From the NCBI RefSeq assembly GCF_006345805.1, contig NC_043000.1:112034001-112098000 (forward strand): a stretch of DNA of 64,000 nucleotides, given 5' to 3'. Below the pieces are notes generated by a model. The model worked only from the letters and a program-made list of their open reading frames with translations. It searched no databases and was not told the DNA's origin. The stretch comes from Octopus sinensis. Lineage: Eukaryota. The position numbers and the translations under genes were made by a program. Positions 1 through 12,539 of the stretch are shown in pieces (within the stretch, counting starts at the first letter, position 1; each line of letters starts with the position of its first letter).

Positions 1-319
1 TTACAAACTGTCAAATCCATGCAAGCATGGGAAATGGACATTAGGCAATGATGATGATGATGATGATGTGTGTGTGTGTATGTTCACCATGTCTTAAAAT
101 TGTTTGCTGTGGCGGCAGCAGCAGCGATGGTGATAGTGGTGGCGGTGGTGATGATGTAGTAACCATGGTGATACTGCTGTTTCGTGTTGTCCCCTTTTCG
201 AGTTGTCAGTAATGTTGGTCATGGAAATAAATGGGAAATGAATATTGCTACATCAATATCGATGCTGCTGCTATTGTTGTGGTTGTAGTGGTGGTGGACT
301 GAACGATAATAATAGGTAA

Positions 320-661
320 AGAGACCTCCTTTGGTCATGAATGACCATTGGGATTGCACTTAGAAAGTTCCCTTCCAAGGCACAAGTCTAGGCAAGGTTG
401 TTTTTATGGAAGACCAGCAGTCACCCATGCATACCAGCCTCCCCTCTCCACACCACCAATGTCATCCAAGTTAAAGGCAAAGGGGCCGATACAGCTTGGC
501 ACCTGTGACGTTGCAACTCATTTCTACAGCTGAGGGAACTGCAGCAACGTGAAATAAAGTGTCTTGCTCAAGAACACAACACACAGCCCGGTCCGGGATT
601 CGAACTCACTACCTCATGATTGTGAGCCTGACGATCTAACCACTGAGCCATGTGCCTTCAT
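320..661 (-). mobile_element. tRNA-derived SINE (family A)
   Basis: Minus strand starts with a tRNA-like head (TGGCTCAGTGGTTAGA..GTTCGAATCCC). Near-identical copy at 15257-15599; partial copies at 28707-28838 and 29055-29260. Confidence 0.8.
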
Positions 662-744
662 ATATAATAATAATGATACTAATAATAATAGTTATGATGA
701 TGATAATAATAATAATAATAATAATGATAATTAATAATAATAAT

Positions 745-1300
745 GATAGAGCAAGGATTGTCCATTGGATACTTTGTAACATGTATGGACTTGACAGAGC
801 AAAATGTGGTATGAACATAAACCCAAAGGCATCATCGAAAATGATATTGCAAAGATCCTATGGGATTTTATGACTCAGTGCGACCATGAGATAGAGAATA
901 GGAAGCCAGACATATTCTTAATTGAGAAAGAAAACAAACTATGCTGGATCATAGATATAGCATGCCCAGTTGACAACAAGGTATGCGATAAGGAAGAAAG
1001 AAAAGTCGATAGATATGACAGGTTAGCTTGGGAAGTTAAGCAGTTGTGGTCGCTGAAAAAGGTGGTAGTAGTACCAATAATTGTCGGAGCCCTGGGAACA
1101 GTGAGCAAAAACCTCAAGAAGTACAAGGAACAAATAGGGGCTACAATAAGGGTGGAGCACTTGCAGAAAACAGCACTGCTTGGAACCACTCAAATACTCT
1201 GGAATTGCTAAAAAAATAAGAGGTGTTACCTTAGTTCACTGGTAGTGAACAGCTGATACTGTAATGCATCTCCAGTGTTAGAAGCTGTGCAAAGACAATA
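745..1300 (+). mobile_element. 5'-truncated R4/Dong-like LINE (second family): RLE domain + 3' UTR
   Basis: ORF 804-1211 with KPDIFLI..IIDIACP..K..RY and VVPIIVGALG; flanked on both sides by (TAA)-type repeats. Confidence 0.85.
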
Positions 1301-1374
1301 TGATAATAATAATGATAATTATTTTTATTATATCAGCTGTCTAACATCTCCCTCTTTTTTCGTCTCTCCAACAG

Positions 1375-1474
1375 TCTGTCCATGCTCATCAAGAAGTTCT
1401 GGAGCAACTCCTTTCATCTGTAACAACACAACTCTCCAAAGATATAAAAGACCAATCACCAACTCACAAAACTG
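1375..1474 (+). CDS. OSBPL1A: Exon of ORP1L/OSBPL1A-like gene (coiled-coil region)
   Basis: Pyrimidine tract + CAACAG acceptor, ACTG|GTAAGT donor. Open frame SVHAHQEVLEQLLSSVTTQLSKDIKDQSPTHKT ends in phase 1, matching the next exon. Confidence 0.7.
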
Positions 1475-2179
1475 GTAAGTACTTCAACAACAACAACTAC
1501 AGCTATCATCCTTATTTAGCATCCACCATTCCACGCTTGCATGATATATATATATACATATATATATATAGAACAATCAGTTAGTTGCCATAATAAAACT
1601 CAGAGTTTCGAATGTATGGGCTGAAAACTGCTCCGGCATCTCATCAGTTATTAAGACAAAAATGCTATGAAAAACTGTTGAATAAAGGGAAGTTACTCCA
1701 GTAGGTGTGGCGAAAGTAAAACTTCATTCATAGAAACTGCATATACACACATGTACACACATATACATACACGTATGTGTACACACACACACACGTGTAT
1801 ATATATATATATATATACATACTCACATACACGTGTACATAGATATACACACACCACACATATATCTACACACATGTATACATGCATACACACATACACG
1901 TGCCCATGCACACATCATTGTGTTCATGTACATATCTCTATACACACATGCACATACATACACAGATATACGAAACCATGCATATGCATACATATGTACA
2001 AATATACACACACACACATACGTATAAATACGTAGTCAACATCCTCCTCGCATAGATATATAGACGTTTATACAAATAAAAACACAAACGCAAAAACTTA
2101 AACTGTAAACACATTCACATTTGCCGCAAAACTTGAATCGACATCTGAAACTCTGAATTTTCTTATGACAACTAACTGA

Positions 2180-2764
2180 TTGACCTTGTCAGTCTTGCGT
2201 TTGGTAGTCAGCTCTTTCGGTACCCAACAGCCACACACTTGTGAAAAGCCAAGTGATTCGACAATGTCATAAGCACTTCCATGGCTCACTTCAAGGTTTT
2301 CTGCCAACTCATCAACAGTTAAGCGCCTGTCTTCTCTGATCAGAGCGTCTGCTTTTGCTTTATTGGCAGGATTCACAGAAGCGGACGGACGGCAGGAACG
2401 GGGTTTATCGGCTACACTCACAGTTCCCACCTTTTCATCTTTCAGACGACGGACCCACCTGAATACATTGCTATAATCTAAAGTATTGTCCTCAATGACA
2501 TTTTGTAATCGTTGGTGAATGTTCAGAGGGGTTTCCCCCTCAGCAACAAGAAATGCAATCACTGCTCTTTGTTTTTGACGTAACTTTAAGGGGACAGCCA
2601 TTTTGAATTTTCTTTACCAGTCTAAAAACCTGAAAAGTAAGAAACAAAATATTTCAGAATGTAAATGATATAATCATTTATAGCTGGGAAAATCTTCAGC
2701 TATTTTTATCAAAAGCTTCACATGAAATAAAGAAAATGGCATCAGTTTTTGATTCAGCCTCGTG
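2180..2764 (-). mobile_element. Mariner relic: 5' TIR + transposase N-terminal HTH up to WVPKEL
   Basis: ORF 2098-2601(-) with FRWVRRLK, RSCRP, DRRLTVDELA, WVPKELT. Terminus TA|CACGAGGCTGAATCAAAAA at 2764; no catalytic domain. Confidence 0.85.
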
Positions 2765-3075
2765 TATTTCTCTAATGACTTGAATATTTGCTTGACCAAG
2801 TCATCCTGACACAAAGGCCAACTTCAACCAGGCAACATACAGACTCAAATGAATTTCCATCCCGGAAGTTCTAACTGACCCCTACCACCTGGGGGACTGA
2901 CCATTCCACTTGCCACAAATTCTCTGTCTACCACCCTGACATCACACTCCACCCACCACCCACCACAGCTCTCTGGGCTGAATCACTCTGTTTTCACCAT
3001 CCTGGATGGACGTGCCGATTCCTTCCCACCAAACTTTACGACAAGAGAAGTAAATGAAATATTTCTTTCTTTCAG

Positions 3076-3182
3076 ACTTTTTGATGTCTGTCTACCAAAC
3101 ATTCCATGAACTCCTCGGCACTTCTCGGGAAATGTACACAGCCTTGGCCCACAGTATGAAGTTACTGACAAATCAAGAACTG
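3076..3182 (+). CDS. OSBPL1A: Exon of ORP1L/OSBPL1A-like gene
   Basis: TTCTTTCTTTCAG acceptor, CTG|GTAAGT donor. (D)FLMSVYQTFHELLGTSREMYTALAHSMKLLTNQEL, phase 1 in and phase 0 out. Confidence 0.8.
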
Positions 3183-3399
3183 GTAAGTGAAGTTTGATGT
3201 AAATATGTACAGAGTGCAGTGGGTAAATTGTTACTATTTTTTATTTTTAATTTCATGCATGCACATTGTTTGTTTTTGATTTTGTTGGCTACACAGTATA
3301 GTAGGGTCAGTTGGGCACTGTCTGTGAGAAAAACAGCACTATGATGCAATTTGGAAATGACATGCTGTACTGCTTGGCATTTGCACCAGAAGCTCCAAT

Positions 3400-3668
3400 A
3401 CAAACATTTCAGAGTGTTTGGGTGTCAATTTGAAGATAGTGCAAAGGATTCAGAAAGAATTGGATGAGACTACTGGTGATTACGGAGGTACAGCAGCTCG
3501 GAAAACTCACTCTGATCATTCTGGTAAGAAAAGAACTCCTGAATTTGTTGGTGAGATCCAAGCCATGATTGACAATGATCCCTCGAAGTCAATCAGATCC
3601 ATCACCAGGGACATGGAAGTGTCTGATTTTCTTATCAGGCAGGTTGTGCCTGAAGACATTCAGTCTCC
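3400..3668 (+). mobile_element. Tc1/mariner-superfamily transposase N-terminal fragment
   Basis: KKRTPEFVGEIQAMIDNDPSKSIRSITRDMEVSDFLIRQVVPEDI is a typical HTH region; truncated. Confidence 0.65.
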
Positions 3669-3897
3669 AGCAGCTCCACATAGTCATCTGAATTGAGCCT
3701 AAGGCCCAGTTCACAGTTACAGATATGAATTGTGGTATGCAGACACAATCCCTTCCTGCTGGCCACAGCTTCATAGTTTCCGTTGCAGCTATCCCTGTCA
3801 TGCGTCTTCTACTATAGCTTCGGGCCAACCAAAGCTTTGTGAGTGGATTTGGTAGACAGAAACTGAAAGAAGCCTGTCATATATATATATATATATA

Positions 3898-4190
3898 CTA
3901 GCAGTATCGCCCGGCATTGCTCGGGTTTGTAAGGGAAATAACTATATAAGCATTTTTAGAGAGTTATAGCCAAAAATTAGCAAAATAATGCATTAAAAAT
4001 GGGAAAAAAATGATGGTAAATTTTTTTAAAATCGTGGACTCATCGTAGACGTGCGCTAATACCCAGAAGGGCTCGATATGAATCACGACTATAAGATACC
4101 CAGTTTTGGTTAAACTGCACCGCAAAATGTGGGAGTAGTTAGTAATCTAAATCGTAGGAGACAGACACACAACCTTACTTTTATATATAA

Positions 4191-4193
<3 letters not shown>
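3898..4193 (-). mobile_element. Non-autonomous Helitron copy 1
   Basis: Minus strand starts TCTTTATATATAAAAG and ends with a GC hairpin (CCCG...CGGG) then CTAG; inserted in (AT)n. Confidence 0.8.
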
Positions 4194-4221
<28 letters not shown>

Positions 4222-4539
4222 CTAGCTGTATCGCCTGGCGTTGCTTGGGTTTGTAAGGGAAATAACTATATAAGCATTTTTAGAGAGTTATAGCCAAAAA
4301 TTAGCAAAAAAATGCGTTAAAAATGGGAAAAAAAATTATGGTAAATTTTTTTAAATCGTTGACTCATCGTAGACATTTTTAGAGAGTTACTTCCCTTATT
4401 TAATAGCGAAAAAACTGCATTAAAATGGAAAAAATGATGGTAAATTTTTTTTTAAATTGTAGACTCATCGTAGACGCGCGCTAATACCCAGAAGGGCTCG
4501 TAGGAGACAGACACACAACCTTACTTTTATATATAAAGA
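4222..4539 (-). mobile_element. Non-autonomous Helitron copy 2 (internally rearranged)
   Basis: Same termini as copy 1, separated from it by (AT)n. The internal block is duplicated and another segment is deleted. Confidence 0.8.
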
Positions 4540-4540
4540 G

Positions 4541-4572
<32 letters not shown>

Positions 4573-4946
4573 CTGTGTTTATCCACCCCACCCCACCATC
4601 ACTTGACAGCTGATGTTGGTGTCTTTATGTTCCCATGACTTAGAGGTTCAGCAAAAGAGACTGATAGAATAAGTACTAGGCTTACAAAGAACAAGTCCTT
4701 CCTGGGGTTGATTCGCTCGACTAAAGGTGGTGCTCCAGCATGGCCGCAGTCAAATGACTGAAACAAGTAAAAGAATAAAAGAATACAAGATTCCTTGCTG
4801 TGTGAGAGGAATTGGTTTATAAGTGAACAGGATGAACAGTTGGAATGAAAGAAGAGTGTTGGAAGAGATAGAGTGAAAGAGTCGCAGATGTGGTAACCCA
4901 TATTCCATGTCATTCTCACCATTGTCTTAATTACAATTCCCCCCAG

Positions 4947-5124
4947 GTGGTCGAGGCCCAGCTGAAGGAAGAGAAAGAGAAATCCCGAGTCCTTGAGGAA
5001 GCACTGCATGCTTTAGCAACAGAACACCATGAACTGGAGTGTAGCTTCAATGCCAACCAATATCCTTCTCGCTTCTACGACACAGACGACGATGAATTCT
5101 ATGACTGTGATACTCAGAGTTTAG
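4947..5124 (+). CDS. OSBPL1A: Exon of ORP1L/OSBPL1A-like gene with ATEHHELE coiled-coil and FFAT-like motif
   Basis: CCCCAG acceptor, TTAG|GTAAGG donor. VVEAQLKEEKEKSRVLEEALHALATEHHELECSF...DDDEFYDCDT resembles vertebrate ORP1L (EALETLATEHHELEQSL...EDEFYDAL) as recalled. Confidence 0.88.
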
Positions 5125-5759
5125 GTAAGGTGCCAGCATTTCTTTGATATTGTCACCTCATCTGTTCTGCATGTTTTTTTTGTTTTTGTGTTTTTTAATT
5201 ATGGAGGTGGGAATGGGGATGAAGAGGGTACTTAATTAGGTCAGCCTTAGTAATTCCCTGGTACTTGTTTCATCAAGCCCAGAAGGTCCTCAAATACGCT
5301 TAACCGTAACAGAATTTGAACCTAGTCTTGAGAGGGATCTACCTAAATACTGCAAAATCTCATTTAATCTGCCCCTTTATTCATTCTGTGAGGAATTGAT
5401 TTAGACCCCACTTTGTGCAGCTCCTACATTGTACAATTCTTCTACATATGCATTTAATATTTTTTCCTTGTTTTTGTGACTGTCAAGATTTTGACATAGT
5501 TCTGTTGCCTGGATGCCCTCTCTATTGCCACTAACTTTACAACATGGACCGGGTGTATCTCATTATGCCACCACCAATTGAGAAGTTGTCTGTCAGGATT
5601 AGAATTTCTCCTCTCCTCTTTGTCAGGTTTATTCAATGTTACTACTTTGCTTTTCTACACCTTCTCTCTGCAGCTTTTTATTCACAGTTCCTTCTTCCTA
5701 TGATGGGTTGCCTTCACTGCAACTTGCAGAGGTACTTTCCTGTGTGTAATGTTTCCCAG

Positions 5760-6042
5760 TGATCATTACCAACGTCGCCTCACTGGCACCTGTGCCGGTG
5801 GCATGTGTAAAAAGATTTGAGCGAGGTCATTGCCAGTACCGCCTGACTGGTCCCCGTGTCAGTGGCACGTAAAAAGCACCCACTACACTCACAGAGTGGT
5901 TGGCGTTAGGAAGGGCATCCAGCTGTAGAAACTCTGCCAAATCAAGATTGGAGCCTGGTGCAGGCATCTTGTTCTCCAACCCTCAGTCAAAATCGTTCAA
6001 CCCATGCTAGCATGGAAGGTGGACGTTAAACGATGATGATGA
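5760..6042 (+). mobile_element. SINE/short LINE derivative with (GAT)n tail (family C), representative copy
   Basis: ..GGAAGGGCATCCAGCTGTAGAAAC..CCATGCTAGCATGGAA..GTTAAACGATGATGAT. Copies at 20680(+), 21113(-), 24690(-), 26466(-), 30770(+), 37010(-), 44050(-), 47005(-), 55128(-). Confidence 0.8.
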
Positions 6043-6584
6043 CTGCTCTTCCAGCTGGGTAGGCTTCAGTGTAGCTTAGAAGGTCTGTGTCCTTCTGAAG
6101 CAGAGATTTTCAGAGTTACTGCTGTCCTCGGCAGGTTGTCTTCAATAGAGTTAGTGCTTTTCTAGTTTGGTTGCCTTCATTATAGCTCATGTCTATCCAT
6201 CATGCTGCTAGACTCAAAGTGGAGGTAGGGACATAGGGGAAGTGAAGAGCTCACAATAGACTAGCAGGTCTGTTTGATTAGGAACTGCAGAACTCTGGTA
6301 TGCGGACGCTTGTGATCAATTAATGAGTTTATTTGAAGTTTATGAACATATTGAGGTGGTGGAGGGACAAGATTACAAGAGAGTAACAAGTTCTGGAAAC
6401 TGGAATTATAAAGACAGCTCCCTGTCTTTATAATTATGTTAGGAATAGGGAGAAGAGAATAAGGGCCCACTGTATAGCTGCTTGGATATGTTTGTCTGGC
6501 AGGGTTACGACTTCAAAGGATATTAAATACAATTAAATGAATTTTTGTCATTATTAAAATAAATAAATGATACATATGATAGTA

Positions 6585-6628
<44 letters not shown>

Positions 6629-6755
6629 GGCTAGTAGTAGTAGACATTTGAACTTTTTTTGACTCCACCTAAAAAAAAAAAGGAAAAAAAATATCACTGA
6701 TGGTGATGGTGATGATGATAATAATGATAGTAATAGTGCTGATAATCTATCTATC

Positions 6756-6793
<38 letters not shown>

Positions 6794-7084
6794 CACAGAG
6801 TTCAGCCAACACAAACCTCACCTCGGCTCTTTAGATGTTAACCAAATATGAAAGTATTATTTGACAGGCAAGAATTCTGGCGTTGAAGACAGCCAGCCAG
6901 CCAACGAGACAGACAGACACTACTGTGATGGTGATAATGATAAAAAACAAAAATAACAATAATAAGATACTGCTGTGACTACACATAAAACAATATCATT
7001 GATGATGGTGATGATGATAATGATGATAGTAATAGTGGTGATAATGATAATAGTGATAATAATGGTGATGATAACAATAATAAG

Positions 7085-10000
7085 CCGACTACGGCTGCTA
7101 TAATGGTACGATTATAATTGTAACGGCAATGATGGCCGTCTCCCCATGAGCCAATCAAAGCTCAAAAATGATAACATTATCGTAGCACCAAAATGGTTTT
7201 GGAAACTAAAAGGAAAACTAAATCAGTATACCAAATCGCTTGTCCTATGGTTAATCTGGAAGCGCGTCCCCCAGGGAAGAGCCAGCCTGGGATCGAAAAG
7301 TCATCAACTGGCACAAACTCTTCTCCGAATATGGACATGGATGGTCACTTGAACGGGAAATTCTCCAACTCGAGCCCTCCAAGTTCACCACCACAACCAC
7401 CACAGAAAGAAAAATGTAAGCGGAACAAATGGACCCAAGAAGAGTATAAAAAAGTAATATATGCTTATTACTATGCATTAGGTAGGCTATCTCAAGAGAG
7501 ACACACCGCAAACTCTTACAGTATTTGGAGAACACGGAATCAAGACAGTAGGCCCTATTTGGATGAGAACAAATTGGCAAATGTGAGGAGGGATATCCTT
7601 AGAAATAGCAGACTCCTAGACAGTGAAATAAGTGCGATCAAGCACGCAACGGAAAATGACATAAACAAAAGACACAAAGGAAATGAAGAATCAGATGAAC
7701 AGTATAGCCTGCCACGAGGCTTAATTGAAAGACTGCCATCTGACCAAAGTACGCAAAGGCCTGAAGATACAAGAAATTCTATTGAACCTGTTAAAGATAG
7801 CCAGGAAAATGATAAAACAACAGTAACTGAAGATCTCGCATTTGCTGAAGAACACAGAGAGTCTATGGCAGAAATGAGGCAGAAAATCCTGAATACGCTT
7901 GAAGTTGTAAGACATACAAGTATTAATGATAGAGAACCACTTCATAAACTCTCAAATACAAACCAAAATAAAAAACAAATCCAAATTGGCGACTATGTAA
8001 CAAATGAAATAATACAAGTATTAAAACCTGATTTTACTGAGTTAAATGAAATTATTTACGCTTCTGCTAGGGCAATTGAAACCAGTTGTATGCCCCCGAA
8101 AAAACAAAGAAAACCAAACCTGGGAAGAAATCAAACCTGGAGAAGTAAAATTGAAAAAGAGATTGAATTTATGAGAGGGGAAATATCAGTATTAAATGAA
8201 CTAATATGTGGAAATGATGTAAGATCCAGAACAAGAAGAAAGATGACGAGAAAATTTGGATCCTCACCGAGAGAAGAACTGATATCAATAAAAGAAACGC
8301 TGAAACAAAATGTCCAAGCAAAAGCCCAAAGAATATGAAGATTTGAAAAGAGCAACAAGTTTTACAAGCAAAATAAGCTGTTCACATCCAATGCCAAAAA
8401 ATTCTACAGAGAAATAGGGAAGGAGAAAGTAACCGTTAAAGAAGAAGTTCAAAACTTTCGGAAAAGGATTTGGAGTGACAAGAAGACGTACAACATAAAT
8501 GCAGACTGGTTATACAAACTGAAGGATCCTACCAAAATTTACAACAACAAGCGTGGGAAGACATCACAATAGCAGACCTAAGAAAGGCACTCACGAAGGC
8601 CCATAATTGGAAATCCCCCGGTAAAGATAGGGTGCTGAATTTCTGGCTCGCATCGCTCCCATGCGCACACAGTAAGCTAGTTCAGCTGCTCAATGGAATT
8701 ATGAGAGACCCAAAGAAAACACCTGAATGGTTAGCAAGTGGTATTACTTACCTACTCTCAAAGAATAACGAAACCAACCTTCCAAAAAACTATCGGCCTA
8801 TAACCTGTCTATCCACCACATATAAAATCCTAACATCTATCCTGGCGGAGAGAACATATGCATTCATGGAGAAGAACAATATTTTCCCCATTGAACAAAA
8901 AGGGTGCCGCCGAGGCTCATACGGATGCAAAGATCAACTGCTAATTAATCGTATGATCCTTGAGAACTGTCACAACAAGCGCAGAAATCTCAGCTCCGCA
9001 TGGATTGACTATAAAAAGGCCTTCGACAGTATACCGCATCCATGGATCTTGAGATCGCTGGACATCTTCAAAATTTCCCCTGTGATTTCAGGCTTCCTGA
9101 AGCACAATCTGTTGTTGTGGAATACGAATCTCCAATTATACCACTCTAATGGAGTACTTGCCTCAGAAAATATAAACATCAGCTGTGGAATTTTTCAAGG
9201 TGACTCACTTTCACCTTTAATATTCTGCATAGCCCTAATACCCCTTACAAGTGAATTAAACAGAACAGGGTATGGGTATAAAATTGCCAATAAAAAAATA
9301 AGCCATCTATTTTATATGGATGACTTAAAACTCTATGGTAAAGACAATAATGAACTTGAAGGCCTATTGCACACTGTGAAAGCATTCAGCGATGACATCG
9401 GGATGGAGTTTGGACTTGAGAAGTGTGCCAAGGCCACTTTCCAGAAAGGGAAAGTGAAGACCACAAATTCAGTCATGTTAGATGTTGACACAGTCATAAG
9501 AGAGCTTGAGCAAGAACAAACATACTAATATTTAGGGATAAATGAAGGCTCTGGTATTCAGCATGCAAGCATGAAAGAGAAGATCAGGAAGGAATGTTAT
9601 AGGAGAGTTCGTGCAGTCCTGAAATCTGAACTAAATTCACGTAACAAGGTGTTAGCTATAAATTCCTTAGCAGTTCCAGTTGTTACTTATAGCTACAATG
9701 TGTTGAACTGGAATATAGGAAAATACGCAAGCTGCTGAGTTGTAATAGGATGCACCACCCAAAGGCAGACGTATATCGCCTTTACTTTCCCAGAGCCCAA
9801 GGAGGTCGAGGCCTGATCCAATTTAAACTAGCTTACAAAACAACCACAATTGGACTGGCCAAATATCTTGAAATAACGAATGACTGGATGCTAAAGCTCG
9901 TGGAAAATCACGAGAGACGAAAGAAGCTTCATTCTATCATAAAGGAAAGCAAAAAATTTGCTATTGATCTCGTGCAGGATACCCAAACTGAACAACCCGA

Positions 10001-11022
10001 GAGAAGTACGGCAACTATTGTTGCAAAGAAGGTGAAAATAATGGCAACAAAAAAAGCGCAGGAGCAATTGGCTGATAGGTGGGAGGAGAAACCTCTGCAC
10101 AGCAAATATGTGGCCCGCAGCAAACAAGCTGATGTTGACCAGAAGCAAACCCATCAGTGGCTACGGAGCTCAGGGCTAAAAGCAGAGAGCGAAGGTTTCA
10201 TCCTGGCTGCTCAAGATCAAAGCCTATTAACCTGGAACTACCAGGCCAATGTGATGAAAAATGGAGCAGACCCAAAATGCCGATTCTGCAACGACATAAT
10301 TGAAACTGTGGACCACCTAATCTCTGGATGTAAAGTCTTAGCACCAGTGGAGTATAAATTAAGACATGATAGAGTTGGCCAATATCTTCACTGGCTAATA
10401 AGTCGGCATTACAATATCAAAACTGCCGACAAGTTGTATAATCACCACCCTGAAGCTGTAACTGAAGAAGAAAATGTAACGATTCTGTGGGACTTTTCAG
10501 TACATACAGACCGAACCATCAAAGCCAATAAACCAGATATTGTTGTGAAAAACCAAAACAATAAAGTTTGCTTATTGATCGACATGAGCATCCCCTGTGA
10601 TCATAATATCTCGGCGAAAGAGTTTGACAAGCTCAGAAAATACAAAGACCTACTCATTGAAATTGAGAAAATGTGGCATCTCAAGGCAGTTACAATACCA
10701 GTGATCGTAGGAGCACTAGGAATGATCAAGAAGGGAACCGAAAATTATATGAGAATGATCCCTGGCTTACCATCCCTGCAAGAAGTGCAAAAGATTGTCT
10801 TAACTGGTACATCATACGTATTGAGAAGAGCATTGTCGATGTGAGAACTATTACTACCCATGTATTTTAATTTAACTTAAAAAAGAAAAATTTAAAAAAA
10901 ATGAATGAACTATTGAGTTTAGTTTAATGGCCTACCAATGTATACTATGAGTTTCTTTGCCCTAGGAGTCGGGAAGACACTCGGCAAGAAATGGAAGCAA
11001 ATTTGAAAGAAGAAAAAAAAAA
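7085..11022 (+). mobile_element. Near-full-length decayed R4/Dong-clade non-LTR retrotransposon (RT + CCHC + restriction-like endonuclease)
   Basis: ORF pieces 7193-8338, 8632-9528, 9750-10844. Motifs: WKSPGKD..NFW, YRPITCL, DYKKAFDS, GIFQGDSLSP, YMDDLKLY, CRFC..ETVDHLISGC, RHD, KPD..ID..KY. Stops at 8336 and 9526 plus frameshifts. Ends in poly(A) followed by (TAA)n. Confidence 0.93.
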
Positions 11023-11276
11023 TAATAATAATAATGATGATGGTTTTAAATTTTGGCACAAGGCTAGCAATTTTGGGAAGGTAGTAGATCAACTGGTACT
11101 TACTTTATCATCCCCAAAAGGATGACGGGCAAAGTTGACCTCAACAGAATTTAAATTCAGAACATGAAGATGGATGAAATGTCGCTAAGCTTTTTTCCCA
11201 GCGTGCTAACAATCCTGACAGCTCGCTCACCTTAACAACAACAACAACATCAACAACGACAACAACAATAATAATA

Positions 11277-11826
11277 AAGAGATGCCACAACAATATAGCC
11301 AGGCTTGTCCATTGGATACTTTGCAACATGTATGGACTTGACAGAGCAAAAAATTGGTATGATCACAAACCTGAAGGCATCATCGAAAATAGAAATGCAA
11401 AGATACTATGGGATTTTATGATTCAGTGCGACCATGAGATAGAGAATAGGAAGCCAGACATAGTCTTAATTGAGAAAGGAAACAAACTATGCTGGATCAT
11501 AGATATAGCATGCCCAGTTGACAACAAGGTATGCAATAAGGAAGAAAGAAAAGTCGATAGATATGATAGGTTAGCTTGGGAAGTTAAGCAGTTGTGGTTG
11601 ATGAAAAAAGTAGCAGTAGTACCAATAATTGTCGGAGTCGTGGAAACAGTGAGTAAAAATCTTGAGAAGTACAGGGAACAAATAGGGGCTGCAATAAGAG
11701 TGGAGCACTTGCAGAAAACAGCACTGCTTGGAACTGCTCGAATAGTCTGGAAGGTGCTCGAAAACTAAGAGGTGTTACCTTAGTTCACTGGTAGTGAACA
11801 GCATTAGAAGCTGTGCAAAGGCAATA
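11277..11826 (+). mobile_element. 5'-truncated R4/Dong-like LINE (second family)
   Basis: ORF 11328-11768 is nearly identical to 804-1211 with the same 3' UTR; lies between (CAA/TAA)n tracts. Confidence 0.85.
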
Positions 11827-12491
11827 ATATTAATAATAATAATAATAATAATATAATAATAATAATAATAATAACAACAACAACATCGAAAAATACCTTA
11901 GGAATGAAAACCCAGGTTCGAAATTTCCCCAAGACACCTGAAGAAAGCTGGAGGGTGTATCAGTCAAAATGTTGTGTTAATGACAAAAAAAAAAATGAGG
12001 ACAAATATCCATCAAAATGTAAATAATGTAAATTTGTTGTTTATTGTTGAAATGTTTTTCTTGTGTTCTGTTGGAAGCATATTTCTATGGTTAACGAGTA
12101 GCTTGGTTGTGTGGTTAAGAAGTTGTCCTCCAACCACAGGGTTTCAGGTTCAATGCCACTGTATGGTACCTTGGGCATATGTCTTCTGTTATAGCCTTGG
12201 GCTGACCAAAGCCTTCTGAGTGGATTTGGTATGTGGAAATTGTAAGAAGCCTGTCCTGTGCTTGTGTTCACACACACACACACGCATCTATGTATATGAG
12301 TCTGTGTCCCCTTGTTTTGATATTGCATGACCGATATTAGCAAGTGTCACAAATGTGCAACTGGCGCTATTCAAGAAGATATGTTCGGCAAATGGGGAAA
12401 TATTACATGGGAATAGGAGACAGGAAGAGCCTCTGGCTGTTAAAAATAATCTGCCCCAGTGAATTCTGTCTGGCTTATAAAAGGCATGGAA

Positions 12492-12538
<47 letters not shown>

Positions 12539-12539
<1 letters not shown>

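Noticed and set aside
1693-2035. Clusters of H/T/Y/I/C/V-rich ORFs here and throughout (e.g. 19518-19821, 22045-22388, 27574-27945, 51347-51836)
   Set aside because: They are translations of (TA)n/(CA)n/(TG)n microsatellites, with no coding signature.
7085-7150. Possible HDV-like ribozyme at the 5' end of the R4/Dong element (also looked near 58010)
   Set aside because: Small hairpins are present, but I could not build the nested double pseudoknot (P1/P1.1/P2/P3).
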